Positions 48,873-57,683 of a DNA stretch of 64,000 nt are shown piece by piece. A program made the translations under genes and the position numbers. The notes under the pieces were generated by a model. That model had not been told where the DNA came from and made no database searches. It was given only the letters and a program-made list of their open reading frames with translations. The number at the start of each line of letters is the position of its first letter. The stretch's first letter is position 1. This DNA is from Myxococcales bacterium (lineage in GTDB: Bacteria > Myxococcota_A > UBA9042), in the NCBI GenBank assembly GCA_037441385.1, contig JBBISH010000007.1, positions 1-64,000 on the forward strand, written 5' to 3'.

Positions 48873-49214
48873 TTACGGCGCCTGCACCCGCTTGGACGTC
48901 GACAGCGGACGCGCCGCCTCGGGCAGAAAATCGCCAAGCACTGTACGACCCTGCAGCAGGCGCTCGTTCACGGTCATCGTATCGGGGCGCGCGGCCAGCC
49001 ACACCCCGGCGCTGGCCATGCCCAGCAGCAAAAGCGCGGCAACCACACCAAGAATTTGCAGCGGCAGCCGCTTCTTGCGGTCCGGAATCGGCTGCAGGGG
49101 GTCCAGCACCGTAGAGACCGGCCGCGGCAGGTTGCGATGGGGCCGGTACAGGCTGGCGACCGGCAGATCCGCCTCGGCCGAACCCTGCGAGATCGGGCTA
49201 TTCGAATTCGACAC
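48873..49214 (-). CDS. Small hypothetical single-TM protein
   Basis: ORF with a basic KKR followed by a TM helix, divergent from the TonB-dependent receptor. Confidence 0.4.
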   Translation of the reverse strand: MSNSNSPISQGSAEADLPVASLYRPHRNLPRPVSTVLDPLQPIPDRKKRLPLQILGVVAALLLLGMASAGVWLAARPDTMTVNERLLQGRTVLGDFLPEAARPLSTSKRVQAP

Positions 49215-49365
49215 AGGGCCTCCGCTTGTGCACCGTACGACCGGACGATCGCGCCCCCGACGCGCGACACCCGTTCAGTATAGCCACCGCGCTGGCGATC
49301 GCCACATATCCTTACAAATGGCGCGCTGGCTTGGCGCCGCGCGACCGCCGTGCGATCCTGAAGCA

Positions 49366-51447
49366 GTGAAGCCCGCTCTCCCGCACCCACAAGCCCGTCC
49401 CCCCCTGCAATGCCCTGCCCGCCGGCGGCTGATCCACGGGTTGTTTTGTATGGTTGCGCTATCTGCGGCCCAGCCGGCCGTGGCGAGCGAAGACGGCGCG
49501 GTGGTGCTGCCGGGCAAGCGTGTCAAGGGAAAGAGGCCCGTTGGCAAGGGCGCAGAGCTAGACGGCGGCCAGGCCGTGACCGTGGTCACGGGCCAAGAGT
49601 TGCGCGAGCACCACGCGGAACTTGCCGAAGCCCTTGCGCAATTGCCCGGAGCCCAGGTGCTGCGGACCGGCGGGGTTGGAAGCCCGGCTCTGCTGAGCCT
49701 GCGTGGCAGCACCGTCGAGCAAGTCGCGATTCTACTGGGCGATGCCGTGCTGGACTTGGCCGATGGCGCCCCACTGGACCTGAGCGACGTGCCGCTGTTG
49801 GGCGTGGATCGCGTCGAAATCTATCGAGGTCTTGCACCGTTGCAGGTCGGCAGTCAGCCGCTGGGGGGCACGCTGCGGCTCACGTTGCGGCGCGGCGCCG
49901 GCAGCAGCGCTCAGGCCACCGCGGCGATGGGCAGCTATGGCACGCACCAGGGTGAAGTGGGCGCCAGCGTGGGCGGCGAGTGGGGCGACGGCTACGCCGG
50001 TCTGCGCTGGCTTGAAAGCACAGGGAATTTTCCCTACCTGGCCCGCGGTGGCACCGCCTACGTTCGCAGCGACGACCACATGCGAACGCGGGCCAACAAC
50101 GACCTGCATCGCCTTGGGGGCGTACTGTCGCTGCAGGGTCGCTGGTCGCCCGACTCTGCTTGGACGGTGCACTGGTTGGGCAGCGGGCTGGAGCAAGGGG
50201 CCCCAGGTGCGGCGGTCTTTCCGGCTCTGCACGCGCGCTACAGCCAAAACCGCCAGATCCTGGTGGCCACCGCCAGCCGCGACCATCTGGGCCGCCTGGA
50301 CGCACGCGCCGAACTCGCGATTCACGCTGTGGGGCGCTGGAGCGAAGTAGAGGATACGCTGGGCGAAATGGGCTTTCCCTGGCGTGCAACCCAGCGAATG
50401 TTGGGCGGTGGCGCCGCGGGCCTGCTGCGCGTACCGCTGGTCGACCGCGACGACCGGCAGCTGACCCTGCATGGTCGCGTGGGGGCACAAGCCACGCAAA
50501 TTCAGGGCGCTGAGCTGCTGAGCCACACCGATCGACCCGCTTCGCTGCGCCAGTCGGGCCAGGCATCGCTGGGGGCGCTGGGGCGACTGGGTGCCTGGCA
50601 GGCGACCTGGTCCGGCGGCGGCGAACTCGCGCACCAGCAGGTCACCGATCTGCGGCAGTACGCGTCCAGCTACAGCCAACCTCGACAAGACACGCTGCCG
50701 GCCTGGCACACGGCCCTCGCCCTGCGCTGGCAGCCGCAAGACCACTGGCTCGTCGACGCGGCACTGCGGCGAGCGTTGCGATTGCCCAATCTGCAAGAGA
50801 TGTTCGGAGACTCGGCCACTGTCATCGGCAACCCCCAACTGCTCAGCGAGACTGCGTCTTCCGCCGAACTAGGGGCGCTGGGCAAGACCCGCATGGGGCC
50901 CATCGCGGTCACTGGCGAACTGCGCGGCCATGCCACGTGGGCCGAAAACCTGATTCAGTTGGTCGGCTTGGGCCCCCATCAGGCGATGTACCAGAACGTG
51001 GGCCAGGCGCGCTTGCTGGGCGCCGAGGCCACCCTAGCGGCCGACTGGAACGGCCTGCGCGGCGAACTGCGCCACACCACTCTGGTCACGCGCGACCAGA
51101 GCGGTCGCGTCGGCTACGACGGCAAAGTGCTGCCCATGCGGCCACGCACCCGCTGGGGCGGCTTGGCGCGCTGGCAAACCGACCTGGGATCCTGGAGATC
51201 CTCGCTTTGGGCGTCGCTGGACTGGCAAGCCGGTGCGTTTGTCGACGCCGCAAACTTGGTGGTGACGCCAGCGCGCACGCTGGCCGCGGCGGGGATCCGC
51301 CTATCGACAAGCCAACCTTCGATCTTTGTGGACTTGCGCGTCGACAACGTGACCAACGCGGCCGTGTATGACCTGATCGGCTATCCCCTGGCCGGCCGCA
51401 CGCTGTGGCTGCAACTAGGTTGGCATGCAGACGCGGGGACGCCATGA
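49366..51447 (+). CDS. TonB-dependent outer membrane receptor (BtuB-like)
   Basis: Plug LSLRGST..QVAILL, DRVEIYRG; RLPNLQEMFG, GNPQL; C-terminal DNVTN...GYPLAGRT; start uncertain. Confidence 0.85.
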   Translation: MKPALPHPQARPPLQCPARRRLIHGLFCMVALSAAQPAVASEDGAVVLPGKRVKGKRPVGKGAELDGGQAVTVVTGQELREHHAELAEALAQLPGAQVLRTGGVGSPALLSLRGSTVEQVAILLGDAVLDLADGAPLDLSDVPLLGVDRVEIYRGLAPLQVGSQPLGGTLRLTLRRGAGSSAQATAAMGSYGTHQGEVGASVGGEWGDGYAGLRWLESTGNFPYLARGGTAYVRSDDHMRTRANNDLHRLGGVLSLQGRWSPDSAWTVHWLGSGLEQGAPGAAVFPALHARYSQNRQILVATASRDHLGRLDARAELAIHAVGRWSEVEDTLGEMGFPWRATQRMLGGGAAGLLRVPLVDRDDRQLTLHGRVGAQATQIQGAELLSHTDRPASLRQSGQASLGALGRLGAWQATWSGGGELAHQQVTDLRQYASSYSQPRQDTLPAWHTALALRWQPQDHWLVDAALRRALRLPNLQEMFGDSATVIGNPQLLSETASSAELGALGKTRMGPIAVTGELRGHATWAENLIQLVGLGPHQAMYQNVGQARLLGAEATLAADWNGLRGELRHTTLVTRDQSGRVGYDGKVLPMRPRTRWGGLARWQTDLGSWRSSLWASLDWQAGAFVDAANLVVTPARTLAAAGIRLSTSQPSIFVDLRVDNVTNAAVYDLIGYPLAGRTLWLQLGWHADAGTP

Positions 51448-52754
51448 CTGCGCAGAACTTCCCTTCAAACCCTACGCAATGGTATGGGCTCCACCTGCGT
51501 TTGGCCCTTTGCCTGGTGGCCGCGGCGCTGCCCGGATGCTTTGACGATACCCAAGGCGTCGTCCAAGCTTCGTACTCTGGGCCCTTTGGTGTCGCGCCCG
51601 ATCCGGCCCAGGGTGCCCGCTTCTTGGGTGCGGTGGGCGGCGACTACAAATCCAGCGTGGTCAGCGTGATCGACCTGGCCAGCGTGGCCGAGGGCGACGT
51701 GCAGTCGACACCCGCGCGCCACAGCGCGGTCCTCCATTCGGGTTCGCAAGTGGGTGCGACCGCTCTGGCTTTGAGTGGCGACGTGGTCTGGGCCAATGCC
51801 GATCTGCCCGACCGGCACCTGCTGGCCGTCGATCGCGGCAACGCGGCCCTGATCGAGCTGAATCCGCGCACAGGCGCGGTGGTGCGGCAAGTGTCGGTCA
51901 GTACGTCGTTTTACTCCAATCCCCAAGACGTGGTCGTGCGCGACCCGCACACCTGGCTGGTGTCGCGGATGAACCGCAACCCCCTGGCCGGCAGCCAGGT
52001 TTTCGATGCGGGCGACGACGTGGTGGCTCTGGATCCCAGCAGCGGTGCACTGCTGGCCCGCGCTGACCTGAGCCAGGCGGTGACGGGGACCGAAGCAGGC
52101 CTGCTGGCGGCGCCGCAGCGCATGGTGCTGACGGACCGCCTCTATGTGCCGCTGGCGATGTTCAAACCGAACTTCAAAGGCCAAGACCACGCCAGGCTGG
52201 CGGTCCTGCGGCCGGATGACCTGCAAGTGGAGCAGGTAATCGGTTTGGCCCCGATCCGTAACTGCGTGAATATCCAAGTCATCACTCCCGGCCGGCTGTT
52301 GCTGGCCTGCCAAGGCTCGTTCCAAATGCCGACCGAACAGCTGGCCCAATCGGCGCTGGTGGTGGTCGATAGCAGCAGCGCAACCCCGCAACCCGTGAAG
52401 TGGATTGGCGCTCCGCCGCAAGGTGGCCCGTGGAGCCGCGATGTGGCGGTCTTGGATGCCCAGTGGGTGGCGGCGGTGTCGCTCGGCTCACTGCAGCCCA
52501 ACCGCCCGGATCGCCTGTGGTTGGTCAGTTTGGTTACCGGCGAACGGCGCCCGGTGCAAGACTCGGCGCAGCCGTTCGGCTACAGTGGACTCTGGGCCGA
52601 CCCCCAACGCCGCTGCGTTTGGCTGGGCGAGACTCAGCGCAAGGATGGAGACTTGTTGCGATTTCTGATCACGGCAACGGGGCAGATCGCGGTCGGGGCG
52701 CCGGTGGCCGCCAATCCGGGCGGGCTGGGCACGTTGGAGTTGATGGCACGATGA
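51444..52754 (+). CDS. Beta-propeller-like lipoprotein associated with the receptor
   Basis: Lipobox LPGC; NPQDVVV and APQRM blade-like motifs; overlaps both neighbours by 4 bp. Confidence 0.65.
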   Translation: MTAQNFPSNPTQWYGLHLRLALCLVAAALPGCFDDTQGVVQASYSGPFGVAPDPAQGARFLGAVGGDYKSSVVSVIDLASVAEGDVQSTPARHSAVLHSGSQVGATALALSGDVVWANADLPDRHLLAVDRGNAALIELNPRTGAVVRQVSVSTSFYSNPQDVVVRDPHTWLVSRMNRNPLAGSQVFDAGDDVVALDPSSGALLARADLSQAVTGTEAGLLAAPQRMVLTDRLYVPLAMFKPNFKGQDHARLAVLRPDDLQVEQVIGLAPIRNCVNIQVITPGRLLLACQGSFQMPTEQLAQSALVVVDSSSATPQPVKWIGAPPQGGPWSRDVAVLDAQWVAAVSLGSLQPNRPDRLWLVSLVTGERRPVQDSAQPFGYSGLWADPQRRCVWLGETQRKDGDLLRFLITATGQIAVGAPVAANPGGLGTLELMAR

Positions 52755-53761
52755 GGAACTGCTGGTTGGCATTGGCTTTGGTCGCCTTGACCACCCTGGC
52801 CTGTCGCAAAAACGAGGCGCCGCCCGGCACCGTAACCGACGACTTGGGCCGCTCGGTGCTGCTGGCCAGGACGCCGCAGCGCCTCGCCTCGCTCTCGCCC
52901 GCCACGACCGAGCTGTTGTTCGCCGTGGGTTGTGGCGACAAGCTGGTGTTGCGCGACGGGTGGAGCGACTACCCGCCTGAGGCCAAGAAAGTCCCCAAGA
53001 TCGAAGGACTTCAGCCTAGTGCAGAGGCCATCCTGGCCTATCGCCCCGACCTCGTGCTGGTGAACTATCCCGGCCCCAGCCTGCAAGCCGCCCTGGACGG
53101 TGCCGGGGTGGCCTGGGCGGCGCTGTCGCCCGAGACGCTGCCTGCCGTGGCGCGCTCGCTGGATCTGGTGGGGCGCCTGTGTGGGCAGCCGCAGCGTGGC
53201 GCGGCCAAGGCCGCCGAGTTCCGCACGCAAGTCGATCTTTTGACGGCCGCGTTGAAGAACCGGCCACGGCTGAAGGTGTTCTACGAGATGGACGTGGGCG
53301 ACGGCACGCGCCCGTTTACCGTGGGCGCCCGCAGCTTTGCGAGCGGTCTGCTCGAAGTCGCCGGTGGGCGCAACGTATTTGGCGACCGACAAGAGGCGTG
53401 GTTTCCCGTGGGCTTAGAGGCCATCCTGGCCGCCGACCCCGACGTGGTCGTCCTGGGCGACAGCGACGTCCCAGAGCACCCCCAAACGCCAGCTTTGTTT
53501 GCCGCGCGACAGGGATTCGCACAGCTGCGGGCGGTCCAGCAAAACCGGGTGGCGCCCATTCCGGCGAGCTTGGCCTCGCGTCCCGGCCCGCGACTGCTGC
53601 AGGCGGCAACGGCCCTGGCGCGGGTGCTGCATCCCGAGGTGGTGCTTCCCGGAGATCCGCCCCGCCCGACTGCGGTGCCCGCGCCCAATGCCGCGACGCG
53701 AACCGCCGCACCAGCCGCCCCGACTGCAGCCACCGCGACCACGGCGGGACCGACGCCGTGA
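52751..53761 (+). CDS. Cobalamin/Fe-siderophore ABC substrate-binding lipoprotein (BtuF-like)
   Basis: VTDDLGR, RLASLSPATTELLFAVG, SDYPPEA, SRPGPR. Confidence 0.88.
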   Translation: MRNCWLALALVALTTLACRKNEAPPGTVTDDLGRSVLLARTPQRLASLSPATTELLFAVGCGDKLVLRDGWSDYPPEAKKVPKIEGLQPSAEAILAYRPDLVLVNYPGPSLQAALDGAGVAWAALSPETLPAVARSLDLVGRLCGQPQRGAAKAAEFRTQVDLLTAALKNRPRLKVFYEMDVGDGTRPFTVGARSFASGLLEVAGGRNVFGDRQEAWFPVGLEAILAADPDVVVLGDSDVPEHPQTPALFAARQGFAQLRAVQQNRVAPIPASLASRPGPRLLQAATALARVLHPEVVLPGDPPRPTAVPAPNAATRTAAPAAPTAATATTAGPTP

Positions 53762-55584
53762 TCCTGCGCAACCGCCCTTTGATGCTGTGGATCTCTGGGA
53801 TGGTCGCCAGCCTGGGTGCCTTTGCCATTGCGCTGGCGGTGGGGCCTGCACCGTGGTCGCTTGCCCAACTCCTGCAGCTCTCGCACGACGGTGACGCCGC
53901 CGCGCGCGCCATCTTGGTCCACATTCGCGGTCCGCGCGCTTTGGGCGCGTGGTTGGTGGGGGCCTGCTTGTCGCTGGCGGGCGTGCTGTTGCAGACCGCG
54001 ACGCACAACCCGGTGGCCGACCCGTACTTGATGGGCACCAGCGCGGGCGCGACCTTGGCCGCCGTGACCTTGGTGCCGTTGTGCCTGTGGCTCGGCGAGA
54101 CCATGGGCTGGCCGCTGGGGGGTGCGCTGCCGTGGCTGCAGACCGGTACCGCGCTGTTGGGCGCGCTCGCGGCCGTGAGCCTGACGTTTGCCCTGGCGCG
54201 CGGGCGGCATCGGTCGGCCGAGCGGGTGCTCGTCGGCGGCCTGGTGATCACCGCGTTTGGCGGCGCAGCGACTTCCTTTGTTCTTACCCGGCTTTCCGAT
54301 GTACGCCTGCGGGCGGCAACGCAGTGGCTGATGGGCGGCGTGGCGCTGCCGGACCTGGCTTCGGCGTTGCCGGGCGCGCTGGCGGTGGCGATCGCGCTGG
54401 GGTGGTCGCTGGCTAATTTGCCAAAATTACAGGCTTTGTCCCTGGGTGACGAGGCCGCGCACGGTTTGGGACTGGACGCAGCCCAAGTTGGGCGACGGGC
54501 CATGGGCTTGGCGGCGCTGCTTTCGGCCGTAGCGGTGGCGCTGGCGGGCATCGTCGGCTTTGTGGGGCTGCTGGTGCCGCACGCTCTGCGTCTGGCCCTT
54601 GGTCGGGATCCGCGCTTGATTTTGCCAGGTTCTGTGCTGTTGGGTGGCGCCGCGCTGGTGCTGCTCGACGCGGTGTGCCGAGTGGCCGTGGCGCCGAGCG
54701 AGCTGCCGCTGGGCATTTTGACCGCGCTGATGGGCGCGCCGGTGCTGGTGCTCCTGCTGCGGGATCCGCGCGCAGCGCGTCAGCCGCCGGGCACGCAACT
54801 GGTTGCGCAGACAGGCACTAGCGCAGCACCCGCGATTCAATTGTGCGACGTGGCCGTGCAAGCTCCAACGCGAACGCTGCTCAAGGGCGTGTCAGCCCGC
54901 TGGGAAGGTCCGTCCGTGGTGGCGCTGGTTGGCCCGAACGGGTCGGGCAAAACCTCGCTGCTGCGCACCCTTGCGGGCCTGTGGCCGCTGGCAGGCGGCG
55001 AGATGACGGGCGCTTGTGGGGCGGCGGCTCTGGCGCGCGGCGACTGTGCCTACCTGCCGCAGGATATGGCAATTCCCAGCGATCGCAGCGTGCTGGAGCT
55101 GGTGGCGACGGGTCGGCATCACCAGTTGGCCCACGACTGGGGCTGGCGCCTGCAAGGACGCTTGCCGACCAGCGAATTGCCCCAACTCAATGCCCTGTTG
55201 CAGCGTGTCGGTCTGGCTGACCGCGCAGACTCGCCGGTCGAGCAGCTCTCTGGCGGCGAGCGCCAGCGGGCCCTGGTGGCGATGGCGCTGGCCCGGCAAG
55301 CCAAGGTGCTGCTGCTGGATGAACCGACGGCCTCGCTGGACTGGGGCCAAGCGCGGTCAATCCTTCAAGATCTTCACCGAGATGCCCACGCGGCCGGGCT
55401 GCTGGTGGTGGTGACGCTGCACGACTTGCCGCTAGCCGTGGAGTGGGCCGACGAACTGGCGGTGCTCGACGGGGGCCGTTTGGTGGCCAGCGGCCCGCCC
55501 GCCAACGCCGAAGTGCGCACGGCCGTCCTGCAGGTCTTGGGCGCCGAATTGCCCGAGGCACCGCGCCGCTCTGCCGCGCGTTGA
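53758..55584 (+). CDS. Fused FecCD/BtuC permease + BtuD/FecE-like ABC ATPase
   Basis: NPVADPYLMGTSAGA, GIVGFVGLLVPH, ELPLGILTALMGAP, then in-frame GPNGSGKT, LSGGERQR, LLLDEP, TLHD. Confidence 0.88.
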   Translation: MILRNRPLMLWISGMVASLGAFAIALAVGPAPWSLAQLLQLSHDGDAAARAILVHIRGPRALGAWLVGACLSLAGVLLQTATHNPVADPYLMGTSAGATLAAVTLVPLCLWLGETMGWPLGGALPWLQTGTALLGALAAVSLTFALARGRHRSAERVLVGGLVITAFGGAATSFVLTRLSDVRLRAATQWLMGGVALPDLASALPGALAVAIALGWSLANLPKLQALSLGDEAAHGLGLDAAQVGRRAMGLAALLSAVAVALAGIVGFVGLLVPHALRLALGRDPRLILPGSVLLGGAALVLLDAVCRVAVAPSELPLGILTALMGAPVLVLLLRDPRAARQPPGTQLVAQTGTSAAPAIQLCDVAVQAPTRTLLKGVSARWEGPSVVALVGPNGSGKTSLLRTLAGLWPLAGGEMTGACGAAALARGDCAYLPQDMAIPSDRSVLELVATGRHHQLAHDWGWRLQGRLPTSELPQLNALLQRVGLADRADSPVEQLSGGERQRALVAMALARQAKVLLLDEPTASLDWGQARSILQDLHRDAHAAGLLVVVTLHDLPLAVEWADELAVLDGGRLVASGPPANAEVRTAVLQVLGAELPEAPRRSAAR

Positions 55585-55751
55585 CCCGCCGATCGATGCT
55601 GCGGCTTGGGCCGAGCCAGGTGCGCCGGCACTCGATCCGATCGGCACGGATTCGGTCGGATTCTTGAGGTTGCCCGCCACCGACGCCACAGGTACCATGC
55701 CGTGGGTTCGGCCGCATTGCTCGCCAGGCACAGCAGGCCATGGAGTTCGCT

Positions 55752-57107
55752 ATGTTCCTGATCGCAGACCGTCTATCTGTTCTTCACCGCACCGCTTGGC
55801 TGGCCCTGGCCATGCCGCTTCTGCTCACGGGTTGCCCACAGACTGAAACCCACGACGAAGATGCCCAGACCGGCGACGGCACGGCCGCCAAGGACACCCT
55901 TGCGGGCGGCGACGGTACCACGGCCGACACGAGCACCGCGGACACAGCGAGCACGTATCCCGAATTCAAGCCCAATTGCAGCGCCAGCCAGGCATGCGCC
56001 GGCGGCAAGACCTGCGTGGACGGCGTCTGCGTGGTTGACCCCACCGCCGCGCAGAAGGGCGAAGTCACCGATCCGTTCAACGACTACCTGCCCACAACAG
56101 ACGCCGTGGAGCTGGGTTGCGTGGACGTGCCGCTCGAGACCCAGCTGAAAGACGTCAAAGGCCCCAGCTCGGTCACCCTTTGGGGCCGCGTCGACCGCTT
56201 TGGCGGCGGTCCGCTGACGGCCAACGTCGAAGTCGCCGTCTTCGAACTGAGCAAATTCCACCCCGAAGCCTGCGCCGGCATCGAAGACGACGACGCCCGC
56301 GCCGCTTGCTTCGTCAGCGACAAGGTCGGCACGCCCGTGGGCAAGTCCGTCTCGATCGACCCCGACTTGGCCAAGGACAACGGCCTGGACGTGGCCTCCA
56401 AGGTGGCGGCCGGCCAAGGTTGCGTGCACCACTTGGACTGCCCTTCCGGCTACGAGTGCCGCAAAGACAACGCCGCGGCCGGCGCCAAAATCTGCCTGCG
56501 AACCCATGGCTTGTACGCCATCGAGAAAGTGCCGACCAACACGCGCCTGGTCATTCGCGTGCACGGACTGGCCGCCAAGGACAAGTGGCACGACGGCTAC
56601 TACTGGGACGTGGTGCTGTTTGCCGACCACGCCGACAAGAAGGGCGCCGAGACGCAGCCGAGCAAGTACGTGAATCAAGACACCTATCGCTCGAACCCAA
56701 CGATCGTGGGCGAGGGCCAATGGCAGCTAGTGCCCACCACCATTGGCCTGCAGGGCATCGAACTGGGCCACGGCGTCATCGGCGGCCGCATCCGCGACTG
56801 CGGCGTGGCGAGCGGTCGGGGCGGCTGGGCCATCCACAACGCCAAGGTGGGCATGGGAGTTCTTCCCAAAGGTTTCGCCTATTTCAATGACAACGAGGAT
56901 GACACCGTCCCGGTCAAGACCGCCTCGGCGACCGACACCTTGGGGCGCTTTGCTGCCGTGGACATGCCGGCCGGGCACAACCGCGTCGCCGCAGCAACCA
57001 TGATCGGCGGCAAGGCCACGTCGCTCGGCAGCCTGGACGTGTTCGTGATCCCAGACGCCCTGATGATCGTCAGCTTGCCGGGCCGCATCCCGGTGCTCAC
57101 CAAGTAG
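55752..57107 (+). CDS. Hypothetical Cys-rich lipoprotein
   Basis: Lipobox LTGC; strong GC3 codon bias; GGAG RBS. Confidence 0.75.
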   Translation: MFLIADRLSVLHRTAWLALAMPLLLTGCPQTETHDEDAQTGDGTAAKDTLAGGDGTTADTSTADTASTYPEFKPNCSASQACAGGKTCVDGVCVVDPTAAQKGEVTDPFNDYLPTTDAVELGCVDVPLETQLKDVKGPSSVTLWGRVDRFGGGPLTANVEVAVFELSKFHPEACAGIEDDDARAACFVSDKVGTPVGKSVSIDPDLAKDNGLDVASKVAAGQGCVHHLDCPSGYECRKDNAAAGAKICLRTHGLYAIEKVPTNTRLVIRVHGLAAKDKWHDGYYWDVVLFADHADKKGAETQPSKYVNQDTYRSNPTIVGEGQWQLVPTTIGLQGIELGHGVIGGRIRDCGVASGRGGWAIHNAKVGMGVLPKGFAYFNDNEDDTVPVKTASATDTLGRFAAVDMPAGHNRVAAATMIGGKATSLGSLDVFVIPDALMIVSLPGRIPVLTK

Positions 57108-57160
57108 CCCACCTGGGTAGCAGGGGCCCCGCTGGCCCGTGCCGCCAAGCCAAGGACGCC

Positions 57161-57673
57161 ATGAAACACCTCTCCGTTGCTCTGGTTTTGCTGTCGCTGC
57201 AGGCCGCGGGTTGCGGTCGCGCCGCCCCGCCCGAGCACGCCAAACGCACGCCGACCGCCGGCACGGCCCAACTGCCCGAGACGCCGAACCTGGACCCGGT
57301 TGAGGCGCCGCTGAGCTATCCGGATGGCGCCCTGTCGGTGCGCGGTCTGCTGGCGGCCGACAAGGGGATTTTGGCCAAAGAGGTGGCGGTGCGCGGCTAC
57401 GTGGCTGCCATGACCACCTGCCCGCCGGCCGAAACGGCGTGCAAGCCGGCGCCACACCTTTTCCTGAGCGATCAGGCCGATCGACTGGGCAAGCGGTTGC
57501 TGGTGGGCGGCGAGCGCCACCTGGAGGCGCGCGGGTTCACCATCGGCCAGCAGATCACCGTCAAGGGCCATTTCACCACCTCGAGCGACGATGGCGTGTA
57601 CTTCGCGCCCGGGGGCCTGCTGCTGCTGACCCCGCTGGAGCCGCCGCCTGCTGCCGCGCCCGACGCGAACTGA
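57161..57673 (+). CDS. Hypothetical lipoprotein (possible OB-fold)
   Basis: Lipobox AAGC; VAVRGYV...GQQITVKG. Confidence 0.65.
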   Translation: MKHLSVALVLLSLQAAGCGRAAPPEHAKRTPTAGTAQLPETPNLDPVEAPLSYPDGALSVRGLLAADKGILAKEVAVRGYVAAMTTCPPAETACKPAPHLFLSDQADRLGKRLLVGGERHLEARGFTIGQQITVKGHFTTSSDDGVYFAPGGLLLLTPLEPPPAAAPDAN

Positions 57674-57683
57674 GGCCGCGCGC

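Noticed and set aside
48660..49365. Cobalamin riboswitch
   Set aside because: Conserved GGGAA and GCCACTG/B12-box elements not found by eye; needs cmscan to exclude
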